Positions 38,047 through 49,289 of a stretch of DNA of 64,000 nt are shown here, one piece after another (positions within the stretch are counted from its first letter, which is position 1; each line of letters opens with the position of its first letter). Under the pieces are notes generated by a model that was given only the letters and a program-made list of their open reading frames with translations, was not told the origin of the DNA and made no database searches. The position numbers and the translations under genes are program-made. This DNA is from Octopus sinensis (lineage: Eukaryota), in the NCBI RefSeq assembly GCF_006345805.1, contig NW_021834251.1, positions 47,761 to 111,760 of the forward strand. The letters are read 5' to 3'.

Positions 38047-38470
38047 AGGCGCAGGAGTGGCTGTGTGGTAGGTAGCTGGCTTACCAACCACATGGTTCCG
38101 GGTTCAGTCCCACTGCGTGACACCTTGGGCAAGTGTCTTCTACTATAGCCTCGGGCCGACCAAAGCGGAGTGGATTTGGTAGACGGAAAACTGAAAGAAG
38201 CCCGTCGTATATATGTATATGAATATATATATGTGTGTGTGTATTTTTGTGTGTGTGTGTATTTTTGTGTGTGTCTGTCTGTGTTTGTCCTCCCAACATC
38301 GCTTGACAGCCGATGCTGGTGTGTTTATGTTCCCTTTAATTATCGGTTCGACAAAAGACACCGATCGAATAAGTACTAGGCGTACAAACAATAAGTCCTG
38401 GGGTCGATTTCCTCGACTAAAGACGGTGCTCCAGCATGGCCGCAGCCAAATGACTAAAACAAGTAATAGG
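38047..38470 (+). mobile_element. SINE family 1, full length
   Basis: A-box-like tggctgtgtgg, B-box-like ggttcagtccc, CORE-like gtgacaccttgggcaagtgtctt, internal (TA)(TG), tail gacggtgctccagcatggccgcagccaaatgactaaaacaag. Confidence 0.94.
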
Positions 38471-38874
38471 GTAAAAGGGATATATATATATATGTATGTA
38501 TATGTATGTATATACGTATATATATATGCATATATAAATACGAGCAGCAAGACAGATTCAGTCCTTATGTCACTGACGTACGATTATTTTCATTGTATAC
38601 GTGTGTAAAAGTATATGTAGGTTCTACTGCTTGGTATTAAGCTACTGTGTTATAGAAAGGCTCCCTTTTAGCGTAGATAAGGGTCTGACCTTTCACATGC
38701 ATGTCTATTTACTCTGATATGGCATTCAACGACATAGCTGGATTTGTCTGCTTTCTGATTTTAGTGTTAACTGTCTTCTCAAAATCATCACTCACGATCC
38801 AGAATACTTTTATTTATTTACTTTTTGTTATATTTGTCTGCTTTTTACCAAGCACACCTATAGCTATCTACTTA

Positions 38875-39244
38875 TCTCTCTATATATAAAAGGCAGTTTG
38901 TCTGTGTGTGTTTCTGTGTGTGTGTGTTAGGTTGTACCCTCACCCTGACCACGGCTTTCAACCGATTCTGATGAAACTTGACACACACAGCCCAATGTCA
39001 TAATTCAAAACTAACGCAGCGAAAATTTTGAAAAGTTCCCCCAGTTCTGAAAAAAATCGATAAATTCGACATGGGGTCGAGAATCAGAAACACAAACCAC
39101 AGACTGTCTAGGGGACGCAACTCGACCTTTTTAACTAAAAAAAATTTACCATCATTTTTTTCCCATTTTTTGGCTATAACTCTCTAAAAATGCTTTATAT
39201 TATTTTCCCTTACAAACCCGAGCAACGCCGGGCGATACTGCTAG
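38875..39244 (+). mobile_element. Non-autonomous Helitron
   Basis: Inserted between A and T; 5' TCTCTCTATATATAAA; subterminal hairpin cccgagcaacgccggg (39217-39232); 3' CTAG; no TSD. Confidence 0.85.
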
Positions 39245-39246
39245 TA

Positions 39247-39320
<74 letters not shown>

Positions 39321-39424
39321 TATATTCACGTAAATGGCTGGCTGTCTCATATAAAATATTCTATCACTTCTTGTCTATGTAAGCACAGACTCTGGTTGTG
39401 TGTATGTGTGAGTATGTATATATA

Positions 39425-39733
39425 TGAGGCGCAATGGTCCAGTGATTAGGGCAGCGGACTCGCGGTCGTAGGATCTCGCGGTTTCGATTCCCAGACCGTG
39501 CATTGTTTGTGTTTATTGAGCGAAAACACCTAAAGCTCCACGAGGCTCCGGCAGGGGGTGGTGGCGATCCCTGCTGTACTCTTTCGCCACAACTTACTCT
39601 CACTCTTTCTTCTGTTGGCCTGCTCGCTTTGCCAGCGGGGTGGCGTCATTTGAAGGCTAAAACAATGCAAAGCGCATTGTGACCAGCGATGTGTCGCAAC
39701 ATCTGATAGCCTGGTCGGTCACGGTGACGGTGA
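39425..39733 (+). mobile_element. SINE family 3 head and M1 with alternative tail T2
   Basis: Matches 4753 through ctcactctttctt (~39610), then an unrelated tail ending ggtcggtcacggtgacggtga. Confidence 0.85.
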
Positions 39734-39794
39734 TATATATATATATAGAGAGAGATAGCTAGATGGATAGATAGACAGATAGATGGATAGATGC

Positions 39795-39827
<33 letters not shown>

Positions 39828-40092
39828 GATATTTTGTATATATGCAGGTATGTAACCTCTCATGCACGCACACATCCAAAGAAGCCATGCACATTGTTAC
39901 AGTCACGTAGACAGATATATAGCTATAATTTTAGTCTCCACATCATTGTCTATCTTCGGTATTCCTTTCTCACGTCTCGTTCTCTCGAAATAGACGCAGT
40001 TACTCAGTGCATGTAGATGTACGTGTGCATATATATATATATATAAGCATGTAGGAACACACACACACACAGACACATACATGTATGTATTT

Positions 40093-40295
40093 GTGTGTCT
40101 GTGTTTGCCCCCCCCCACCATCACTTTCACAACTGATGTTGGTATATTTACGTACCCCTAACTTAGCAGTTCGGCAAAAGACACCGATAAAATAGATACA
40201 AGGCTTACAAAGAATAAGTCATGGGTAGATTCTTTCGACTAAAGGCGGTGCTCCAGCATGGCTGCAGTCAAATGACTGAAACAATTAAGCCAATA
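40093..40295 (+). mobile_element. SINE family 1, 3' half
   Basis: Ends aaggcggtgctccagcatggctgcagtcaaatgactgaaacaa. Confidence 0.9.
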
Positions 40296-40323
40296 AATGA
40301 GGATATATATATATATATATGTT

Positions 40324-40358
<35 letters not shown>

Positions 40359-40703
40359 TGTTATAGGTATATTTACATATCTTACGGTACGTTCTTGATA
40401 TTCGTATTATCTTCCTCCAGTATATCTTAGTAACTACGTCAACGTATCTCTGTGCCTCTCTCTCTCTTTCATGTTATCTATATACCTATCTATTTCTGGT
40501 TTTATCTATGTATCTTACTGTCTGCCTACCTGGGCACATAGTGACTGCGATTTTTCCTCTCTCTTGAAGTATTTGGGTCACTGGGACACCTCTTAACACG
40601 AAGGCAATTTCTCAAGGCAATGTTGTTTACAATCTGCCCAGCTATCGTTTCAGAGACTTAATTGCATTTCTTCAAACGCTCCAACTGACACACGTACAAC
40701 CTT

Positions 40704-40745
<42 letters not shown>

Positions 40746-40981
40746 GTACACATATATAATATATATGTATCTGTAAGTAGACATGTATGTGTTGGCGAGT
40801 CTGTGTGCGGAATTAGAACAGGTGGTCTTTTAAATGACAGTTTGAAATTTATACGTGATACAGCATTTTTGAGATCAAAACTACCTCTCTCCTTTAATCA
40901 ACTATTTAACAAGAAATATTATTCTGATAGCCAGTATGTCAATTAACCTGTCTGTATACCAGTATCTATCAGCATATACAT

Positions 40982-41027
<46 letters not shown>

Positions 41028-41028
41028 A

Positions 41029-41073
<45 letters not shown>

Positions 41074-41086
41074 CATACATATACAC

Positions 41087-41124
<38 letters not shown>

Positions 41125-41924
41125 ATATATATATCTGTGTGTATACGCGTGTGTGTGTATAAATACATGTATGTATGTAGGTAGGTAGGTATGTGGGTGG
41201 GTAGGTAGGTATCGGGATCTTTGTCGACTTTCTGCGGAGTGTTTAAATTTTCTTCTGATTGTATGGTCCTTTCCTCTTAAAGATTTTGATGACTAAGAAA
41301 AACCAATCTTCGCATGAAACAGGCAGAAACAAAATGGTAGTTCTTAGTGTATCTGGCATGTTTTCATTTTATCTCCCTCTTCTTAATCTTTGACTCCTCA
41401 GCTTTAATGGAAATAGACTGAGTCCAGTTTTCACGCCCGGTACAGCGGTTCTGAACTGCCCACGTCTTTGTTAATTGTAGAGTTGGACGGAAAAAAACTT
41501 CAATATGGAAAACATATTCAATGTTTTTCAATAAATATATCAAAGATGATGTTAAAAGTATGAAAATCGGTCTTTGATTTAGTCTGTGCAAGATGTTTGG
41601 TATTGGTGATCAATGTGCGTTCGAAGCAATCATACGACCTATCGAATTTGTTGGAATATTTTTGCAAATCTCTGTCTGCGTGTCAGAAAATATCACTGTC
41701 TTCTGCGTATTGAAGTTCTGTGATGTTGGCTGTTGGTTAATCAATGTATTAGAAATAAAGCTATGCCAAAAAAGGGTAAAAAAAACACTATCCATCAACG
41801 CAGTATCTACTATCGATATCTAGATTGCAGAAAGTTAAAAAAACCAAGCATCAAGTATGACGAATGTAGTGAGTTATTTTTTATAATATAGGCATGAACG
41901 TGGTTCTGCTGAACCACTTTCGTA

Positions 41925-42166
41925 CTATACCTATTTCTTTACTACTCACAAGGGACTAAACACAGAGGGGACAAACATGGACAGACAAACGGATTAAGTC
42001 GATTATATCGACCCCAGTGCGTAACTGGTACTTAATTTATCGACTCCGAAAAGAATGAAAGGCAAAGTCGACCTCAGCGGAATTTGAGCTCAGGACGTAA
42101 CGGCAGACGAAATACAGCTACGCAATTCGCCCGGCGTCCTAACGGTTCTGCCAGCTCGCCGCCTTT
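41925..42166 (-). mobile_element. SINE family 2, full-length monomer with long tail
   Basis: Head aaggcggcgagctggcagaaccgttagg..., B-box-like agctcaaattcc, tail tgtgtttagtcccttgtgagtagtaaagaaataggtat. Confidence 0.92.
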
Positions 42167-42475
42167 CATACAGCACGCCTCAGAAAACTTCTCGGCATAA
42201 AGTGGCAAGACAGGATCCCGAACACCAAGGTACTAATACGTGCTAACCTGCCCAGCATCCATACCATCTTGATGCAATCTCATCTTCGCTCGGCAGGGCC
42301 TGTAGCTCGCTTGTCAGACGATCGATTACCAAAATTATTGTTCTTTGGCGAGCAGCAAAAGGGAAAGCACTCACAAGGCGATCAGAAGAAGCGCTTTAAG
42401 GACATCGACCATGATACTTGGGAGCAGTCTGCTCTAGACAGAGAAGGGTGGAGATCAGCTGTCCACAAGGATGAC
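42165..42475 (+). mobile_element. RTE/BovB-clade LINE ORF C-terminal fragment, followed by (GAT)n
   Basis: FHTARLRKLLGIKWQDRIPNTKVLIRANLPSIHTILMQSHLRSAGPVARLSDDRLPKLLFFGEQQKGKHSQGDQKKRFKD..HDTWEQSALDREGWRSAVHK. Confidence 0.9.
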
Positions 42476-42518
42476 AATGGTGATGATGATGAAGATGATG
42501 ATGATGGTGATGATGATA

Positions 42519-42567
<49 letters not shown>

Positions 42568-42670
42568 CTTCGACAGCGGCAATGATGACAGCGACGACGA
42601 TGACAATGACGATGACGACTATAATGATGATGATGATGACGATTATGATGATGATGACAATGATGAATTC
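42476..42670. repeat. (GAT)n/(GAC)n microsatellite
   Basis: Direct reading; the poly-Asp/Met/Ser ORFs are artefacts. Confidence 0.95.
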
Positions 42671-43245
42671 GAAAAAAGAAATGAAATTAAGGCACAAAAA
42701 AAATGAATTTGAAATAGATGAGCAATTGACAAACCATGTAGTAGAGTGCCGAGTATGAAAGATGTACGTGGGAGTACAAATTTAAACAATAAAACCTAAA
42801 CGTAAAGAAAAATAGCGTTAGAAGGAAAGCAATCACAAAAAATAATAATAATAATAATAAATACGTGTCGGTGAGAAAAACCGACAACAATAAAAATAAA
42901 ATTAAAAAAGCAAAAAAAAATAAAAGAAAACAATGATAATCTAGGGCATGATTTAGATTTCAGCCTCCGGTGAGCTTTAAGGTAAAGATATACATAGGAA
43001 CGGTGCCAATGTTTGCTGAGCGACCAAGAAGGGCGAAGTTGTGTAAACCACGTACAGGACGGAAGCAGTCATCAGTGAGAAAACATTGGTTTGGGCGAGG
43101 TGGGACATGAATGATTTAGTTTTATGGCAGCCTGTCATTAGTGTGTGTGTTGTGTGTATGGGTGGGTGTATGGATGGATGTGCGGATGTGTGTTTGTGGT
43201 ATGTGTGAGGGTACGCAGGGGGATGTATATATATATATATAACAT

Positions 43246-43276
<31 letters not shown>

Positions 43277-43315
43277 GTATGTATATGTATATACATATAT
43301 ATATACGTATCTATA

Positions 43316-43347
<32 letters not shown>

Positions 43348-43994
43348 TATATATACATATATATATATATGTGTGTATAAGAATATATATATATATATAT
43401 ATAAGTATATATATGTATATATTACATGAATCAAACTATTTTGAACGTTAGTATATATACAAATGTATGTATATGTATATATGTATGTATGTAATATATA
43501 TGCGTGTATATATATATATATTCTATATATATATGGTGTGTGTGAGTATGTATGTATATATTATATATATACATATATATATATTATATATATATATTAT
43601 ATATATATAATATATATTAATATATATATATAATATACATAAATATATACATGCAGAAGCGCAAACATACATACATATATATGTATATATATATGTGTGT
43701 GTGCACACATATATTTATAGCCGCATAAGAGTGGGCGTAGATAAATGTGTGTATATTTACGTGCGTGTGTGTGTGTGTGTCATGTACGTATGTGTGCGTG
43801 TACAAACATACTTTTATGTCAGTGTATACAATCCCATGGGTGTAGATGAGTACGTGTATGTGTGTGCATGTGTGTTGTATGTGTATTAATAGTAACGGGG
43901 GCGGCTATAAATGAACAGATATAATAGTAGACAACCGATGCATAGACTGATAGTAGACAAGTAGAGAGACGAATATATATATATATATGGGTCC

Positions 43995-44250
43995 AGGCGT
44001 GGCTGTGTGGTAAGAAGCTTGCTTCCCAACCACTTCGTTCCAGTTTCAGTCCCACTGTGTGGAAACTTGGGCAGTGTCTTCAACTATAGCCTGGGCCGAC
44101 TACTGCCTTGAGAGGGTATTTTGTTGGGTGTAGCTGAAAGAAGCCTGTGTTTGTGTGTCTGTGTTTGTCTCTTCACCATCGCTTGACAACCGATGTTGGT
44201 GTGTTTACGTCCCCGTAAACTAGCTGTTCAGCAAAATCACCGATAGAATA
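43995..44250 (+). mobile_element. SINE family 1, 3'-truncated
   Basis: Head, CORE-like block and ccatcgcttgacaaccgatgttggtgtgtttacgtccccg. Confidence 0.85.
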
Positions 44251-44309
44251 GCCTGCGAAACTTCCAGTCACTGGAACCGTATCGAACTGTTTGATATATA
44301 TATAATGTA

Positions 44310-44344
<35 letters not shown>

Positions 44345-44345
<1 letters not shown>

Positions 44346-44548
44346 GATAGACGCCATGATAGATCGTTAGCTACTACACACATTTTTTTTTCTATCCTTG
44401 TTTCCCTCCTTGTTTTTCTGTGTAGCTTTCTGTAGAAGAGCGTAGGCTCGAAACGTAAAATACTTTTTCTATTCCTGAGCGCTATAGTAATACATCTGTT
44501 TGTTTGTACACCACCTGTCTTCGTCTTTTGTTTATGTTCGTAAACTTT
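44345..44548 (+). mobile_element. Family A element with hammerhead-like motif (44426-44460)
   Basis: ttt CTGTAGA A GAGC gtag GCTC GAAAC GTA aaa; (TA)n on both sides. Confidence 0.82.
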
Positions 44549-44562
44549 ATATATATATGGAT

Positions 44563-45257
44563 GGATGGATTCTTAGAACCTTTAGAACAAGAGAACAAGA
44601 AACCATGATGGTCCTCTGGAAGACACTTGTCCTAAGCCACTTTGACTATTGCTCTCAGCTATGGTCACCATCCAGTGTCAAGTTGATCACAGAACTTGAG
44701 GCGATCCAACGAAGCTACACAAAGAAGATAGCCTCTATGCAGAATGTAAGCTACTGGGAAAGACTCAAGAGATTAAAACTATATTCCCTGGAGCGTAGGC
44801 GGGGAAGATATGCCATAATATACATCTGGAAGATCCTGGAGGGAAGTGTCCTGAACTTTGGCATCGAGAGTTACGCAAATGCCAGAACTGGGCGCCACTG
44901 TGTGGTGCCTAGGACTCCAAACCTGCCATCAAGATGTAGGACAAGATTCTGTGATAGCCTGGGCTTCCGAGGCCCACAGCTCTTCAATATCCTCCCGAAG
45001 AACCTGAGAGACCTACATGGGGTGGATACAGATGTCTTTAAAATGAAGCTGGATCTCTTCCTGTCAGGTGTCCCAGATGAACCAACTTCAAGGCAGGAGG
45101 GGCAGATGAGGGCAGCTGCATCGAACTCTCTCATGCACCAAATAGCAGTTGCTAGAAAGCCTCCATGAAGTGAAACCAAGTAGCAACACCAAATGGCGGT
45201 GCCCCAGCATGGCCACAGCTCATAAGCTGAAACTAGAATCAATCAATCAATCAATCA
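44563..45257 (+). mobile_element. 5'-truncated CR1-group LINE, ORF2 C-terminal ~200 codons intact, (AATC)n tail
   Basis: WILRTFRTRE..LWKTLVLSHFDYCSQLWSP...SYWERLKRLKLYSLERRR...FKMKLDLFLSGVPDEP..SNSL; stop 45168; tail stem-loop 45216-45229. Confidence 0.93.
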
Positions 45258-45274
45258 TATATATTATATATATA

Positions 45275-45331
<57 letters not shown>

Positions 45332-45347
45332 ATAATATATAATTATG

Positions 45348-45404
<57 letters not shown>

Positions 45405-46274
45405 ATATATATACATATTTATTTATTTATTTATTTATCTTGTTACATTCATATAAATATGTGTATGAATGTATAGATAGATGGATCGATACATACATAA
45501 ACAGAAAGAGATACTGATATACACACATATCAATCTATTACATATTTTATATTTGTATGCGCATGTACGCGCGTGCGTGTATGAATGTGTGTATGTGTGT
45601 GTGCATGTGTGTGCATGTGTGTGTTATCTATTGATATGAAACATTGTGTCTGCGTCTTTAAAAATGTATAACTTCGTCCCCATGTAAAATATTACAAAAT
45701 GAAAACCCTTGTATTTTGCATAAGATCCTTGCCCAGTCTGCTGAGAAATCGGAGCATATTCCTCTATTGTATTTTATTATATGTATTATTTACATCTCAG
45801 CTGGATTGTAGTCAGAAATCATTTTACTACGCTCGCTACTGGTCTTTAGTATGTAGATAAATCGCCTAAGCTTAAAAGAATATATGCTAATTTGCATATT
45901 ATTGTCAACGTTGCAAACATTGAGACGCTTGTCATTCATAAGCACAGCGTGGAACGTTTTTAGAAAAATAAAAATGCGGTATACCAATATATACTTGGAA
46001 GGTTAAAACATAGGGTCTTGCTGAGAGATTGTGGTTCTGGAGAGATTGTATATAACTCAAAGTTTGGAGAAACAATTTGTGAGTTGCCAATTTCTAACAG
46101 TTTGAAAAGGTGTTATGTACTCACCAGTAATTGTTTAGCAATACGTATTTCAAATTCTTTTAAACAGTTGCATAAACTTCGATGTTTAAGTCTATAATCA
46201 ATCATACTTAGCCTTGAGTTATAGCTGTTTTTCTTCTCTATTGATCACTGTTTTTTTTTTATTTTTTTATTTAT

Positions 46275-46830
46275 TGCCCAGACAAAGGGATTAAGTCGGT
46301 TACATCGACCCCATTGCGTAACTGGTACTTATTTAATCGAACCCGAAAGGATGAAAGGCAAAGTCGACCTCGGCGGAATCTGATCTCAGAACGTAGCGGC
46401 AGACGAAATACTTATTTCTTTTCTACCCACAAGGGGCTAAACACAGAGAGGACAAACAAGGACAGACAAACGGATTAAGTCAATTACATCGACCCCAGTG
46501 CATAACTGGTATTTATTTAATCAACCCCGAAAGGATGAAAGGCAAAGTCGATCTCAGCGGAATTTGAACTTAGAACGTAGCGGCAGGCGAAATACCTATT
46601 CTTTTTATTACCCACAAGGGGCTACACACAGAGGGGACAAACAAGGACAGACAAACGGATTAATTCGATTATATCGACTCCAGTGCATAACTGGTACTTA
46701 TTTAATCGATCCCGAAAGGATGAAAGGCAAATCTCACATCGGTGGCATTTGAACTCAGAGTGTAACGGCAGATGAAATACCGCTAAGTATTTCGCCCGGC
46801 GTGCTGACGATTCTTCCAGCTCGTCGCCCT
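46275..46830 (-). mobile_element. SINE family 2 head-to-tail trimer (~184-bp period)
   Basis: ggattaa(g/t)tc recurs at ~46288, 46472 and 46657; only the 5'-most unit (46780-46830) has the full head. Confidence 0.93.
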
Positions 46831-46994
46831 CTATTGATCACCGTTTGCCGATGGTTGTGCTTACATTGAGTTATGTCCCTTTATAAACGTTAGCTCTTCC
46901 AATTAACTAAGAAGCGCATCTATCTTACGTTGATGTAAAATATTATTATACTCTCCATATTTGATAAAAGGTCAGAAAGTGGTAAGTGAATTTC

Positions 46995-47152
46995 ATCGAC
47001 CCCAGTATTCAACTGGTACATAGTTTATCGACCCCGAAATGATGAAAGGCAAAGCCGATCTCGTCGGAACTTGAACTCAGAACGTAAAAACGGATGAAAT
47101 GCTGCTAAGCGCTTCGCCCAGCGTGCTAACGATTCTGCCAGTTCGCTGTCTT
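46995..47152 (-). mobile_element. SINE family 2, monomer without tail
   Basis: tcgaccccagtattcaactggtac...gaaaggcaaag...gattctgccagttcgc. Confidence 0.88.
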
Positions 47153-47683
47153 ATTATAGTCTACATATTCAGTGTAAATTCATCTCTGTCCGTACTCTTT
47201 ACGACTCTTCCCGATATTCGGTCAACTAAAATGCTTATATAATTGATACAGAATGTAATTAACCGCAGAAAATACTATTTTTTAGGAATCGAGTGTGAAA
47301 CTTATTGTGAGAAAATATGCTACAATATCTATCATTTGATTTACTGGTACACTGCAGCCAACGGACTTCCAATGTTCACGCCTAACTTCATTTCATTCAC
47401 GAGGCTCTAACAAATGAGATTTTGAGTTCTTGACGACGTCATGTTTTGTAAGCGCTACGTAGTGTTACATTTTCCATCGCAATATGTGTCAATAAAGGCA
47501 GGATGTGCCACCACCGAGGTTCGGGAAATATGAGATTTCCCAGCTGAGTCAGGTGCTCTGATTGAGTGGTGGGAATATCATCAAAAGACTCTAATGATAA
47601 TTCACTCAGTGGCATCCATAAACATGCAAACCTGATCAACAAATGTCAGGAATTAATTTGAAGTAATTTGAGAGAGAGAGAGA

Positions 47684-47736
<53 letters not shown>

Positions 47737-48879
47737 GGACAGTGAGAGAGAGAGAAAGAGCAACGGATGCTACGAATCTCTGGTTTCGAACAAGATCCCT
47801 GTAAAATTTCACAACAATATTGCTTTGAACTAGAAGCGGAAAAATACAAACTGTCAAATTAATGATGAGTGAAACAGATTTAATAATTCAAGACCATATA
47901 AGGAAAGTTGAAAGTATCTGACATGGTGTGGGGATTCTCGTACTTCGATACGTATATAATATATATATATATATATATATTTGATGTGTGTGTTTGGTGG
48001 GGGCATCATATAGATTTACACACTTGTTGATTAGGAAGATACAGAAGCAGAAGTTATCTATAAAATATCAAAAACCTGCACATCAAAGATATTTTGATGA
48101 AGAATATATATGAGCTCTTGAACTAGGAAAGCACAGAACACTATAATTACGGAGAATTTCAGTACTAATGAAGCATTATTAGCTCATGATTGAGTAAAAT
48201 CACCAGGAAATATTAGAATGGCGATGAGAAATGTATAGGATAAATTTACAGAAAGTAGGGTCTTGGTGATAATAAAGAGATTTTTCAAGACAAAGATTAA
48301 TAGTAAAACAACCTATAAGAGACCAAACACAGATAAAAAATATAAAACAGATTTTCTGGAAATATCACTGAAGTGAAAGATCCGTTGGTGAAATAAACAC
48401 TTAATATCAGGAGGGTACTAGAGAGAGTTAATTTCAAATAAGTGTGCTACATGTGAATGCTCAATTTCTATTTTACTGGTAAATGGCACAAGTGCAAATT
48501 AGATATCAATTTTTAGATTATGAACCGTAAAAACAATTCGTTGACATTGTCAAGGACATAGCAATCAAAGTAGAAGGGAGAAAGAAATAAGCGAAAGAAG
48601 AAAATGGGAAATTTAATGAGTAGATGGTGTCCAGAAGGAAGAATGTGCAGAAGCATGTAAACAGATCAACAAAAGGATAGAGCGCAAATGCGAAAATTAA
48701 TTATGCGCAAAATTGATCCACTGGTTTAGAATAAAAAATTTCAAAAGAGATAACAGAAATTTCGTTATAGAGGGATTACAGTCTATCAGTTTGGTGACAA
48801 AATATCTCACAAAAATTTAGTTATAGAGAAATCACTTAATTTGGAGCGCAGTAATAGACAAATGATTAATGATAGGTAA

Positions 48880-49200
48880 GAGTTCAATCACTGAGCTGCT
48901 CACCGGCACCTATCATCGAGACTATCACATCACCGACTCCTCCACCTGCACTTCTACAAATATCATCTATTGCATCTCCTGCTCTCTCTCACTCACTCTC
49001 TCTCTCTCTCGCTCTCTCTCTCTCTCTGCCCTTCTCTATACATCGGGCAAACGGGACGCCGCTTTGCTGACCGGTTCGCAAGACATCCAACACGGCAATG
49101 ACACCCCGGTCTCACGACATTTCCGCTCTACCGTTCACTCTTTGCGACAACTGACCCTGTTCGGATTCTCCTTGCACAGGGGCTATCAGGACTCCCGTTT
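48880..49200 (+). mobile_element. Penelope-like element GIY-YIG endonuclease remnant, interrupted by (CT)n
   Basis: ITDSSTCTSTNIIYCISC-(CT)n-LY.IGQTGRRFADRFA..DIQHGNDTPVSRHF corresponds to the PLE motif IYxxxC..C..YIGxTxRxLxxRxxEH. Confidence 0.85.
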
Positions 49201-49289
49201 GTTTTTTGTTAATTCTAATAAATATTTATAGCTGATTATTGGTTATATGAGTGACCCAGAATTAATGTATTTAATGAAGCTGAATATAA

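Noticed and set aside
24148-41798. Frames interrupted by one in-frame TGA (24148-24330 +; 41364-41798 -), hinting at selenocysteine or recoding
   Set aside because: No redox motif, no SECIS recognised and no homology; expected by chance or from assembly errors.
46275-46830. Regularly spaced repeats resembling a CRISPR array
   Set aside because: Whole ~184-bp units repeat with no unique spacers; eukaryotic SINE concatemer, no cas genes.
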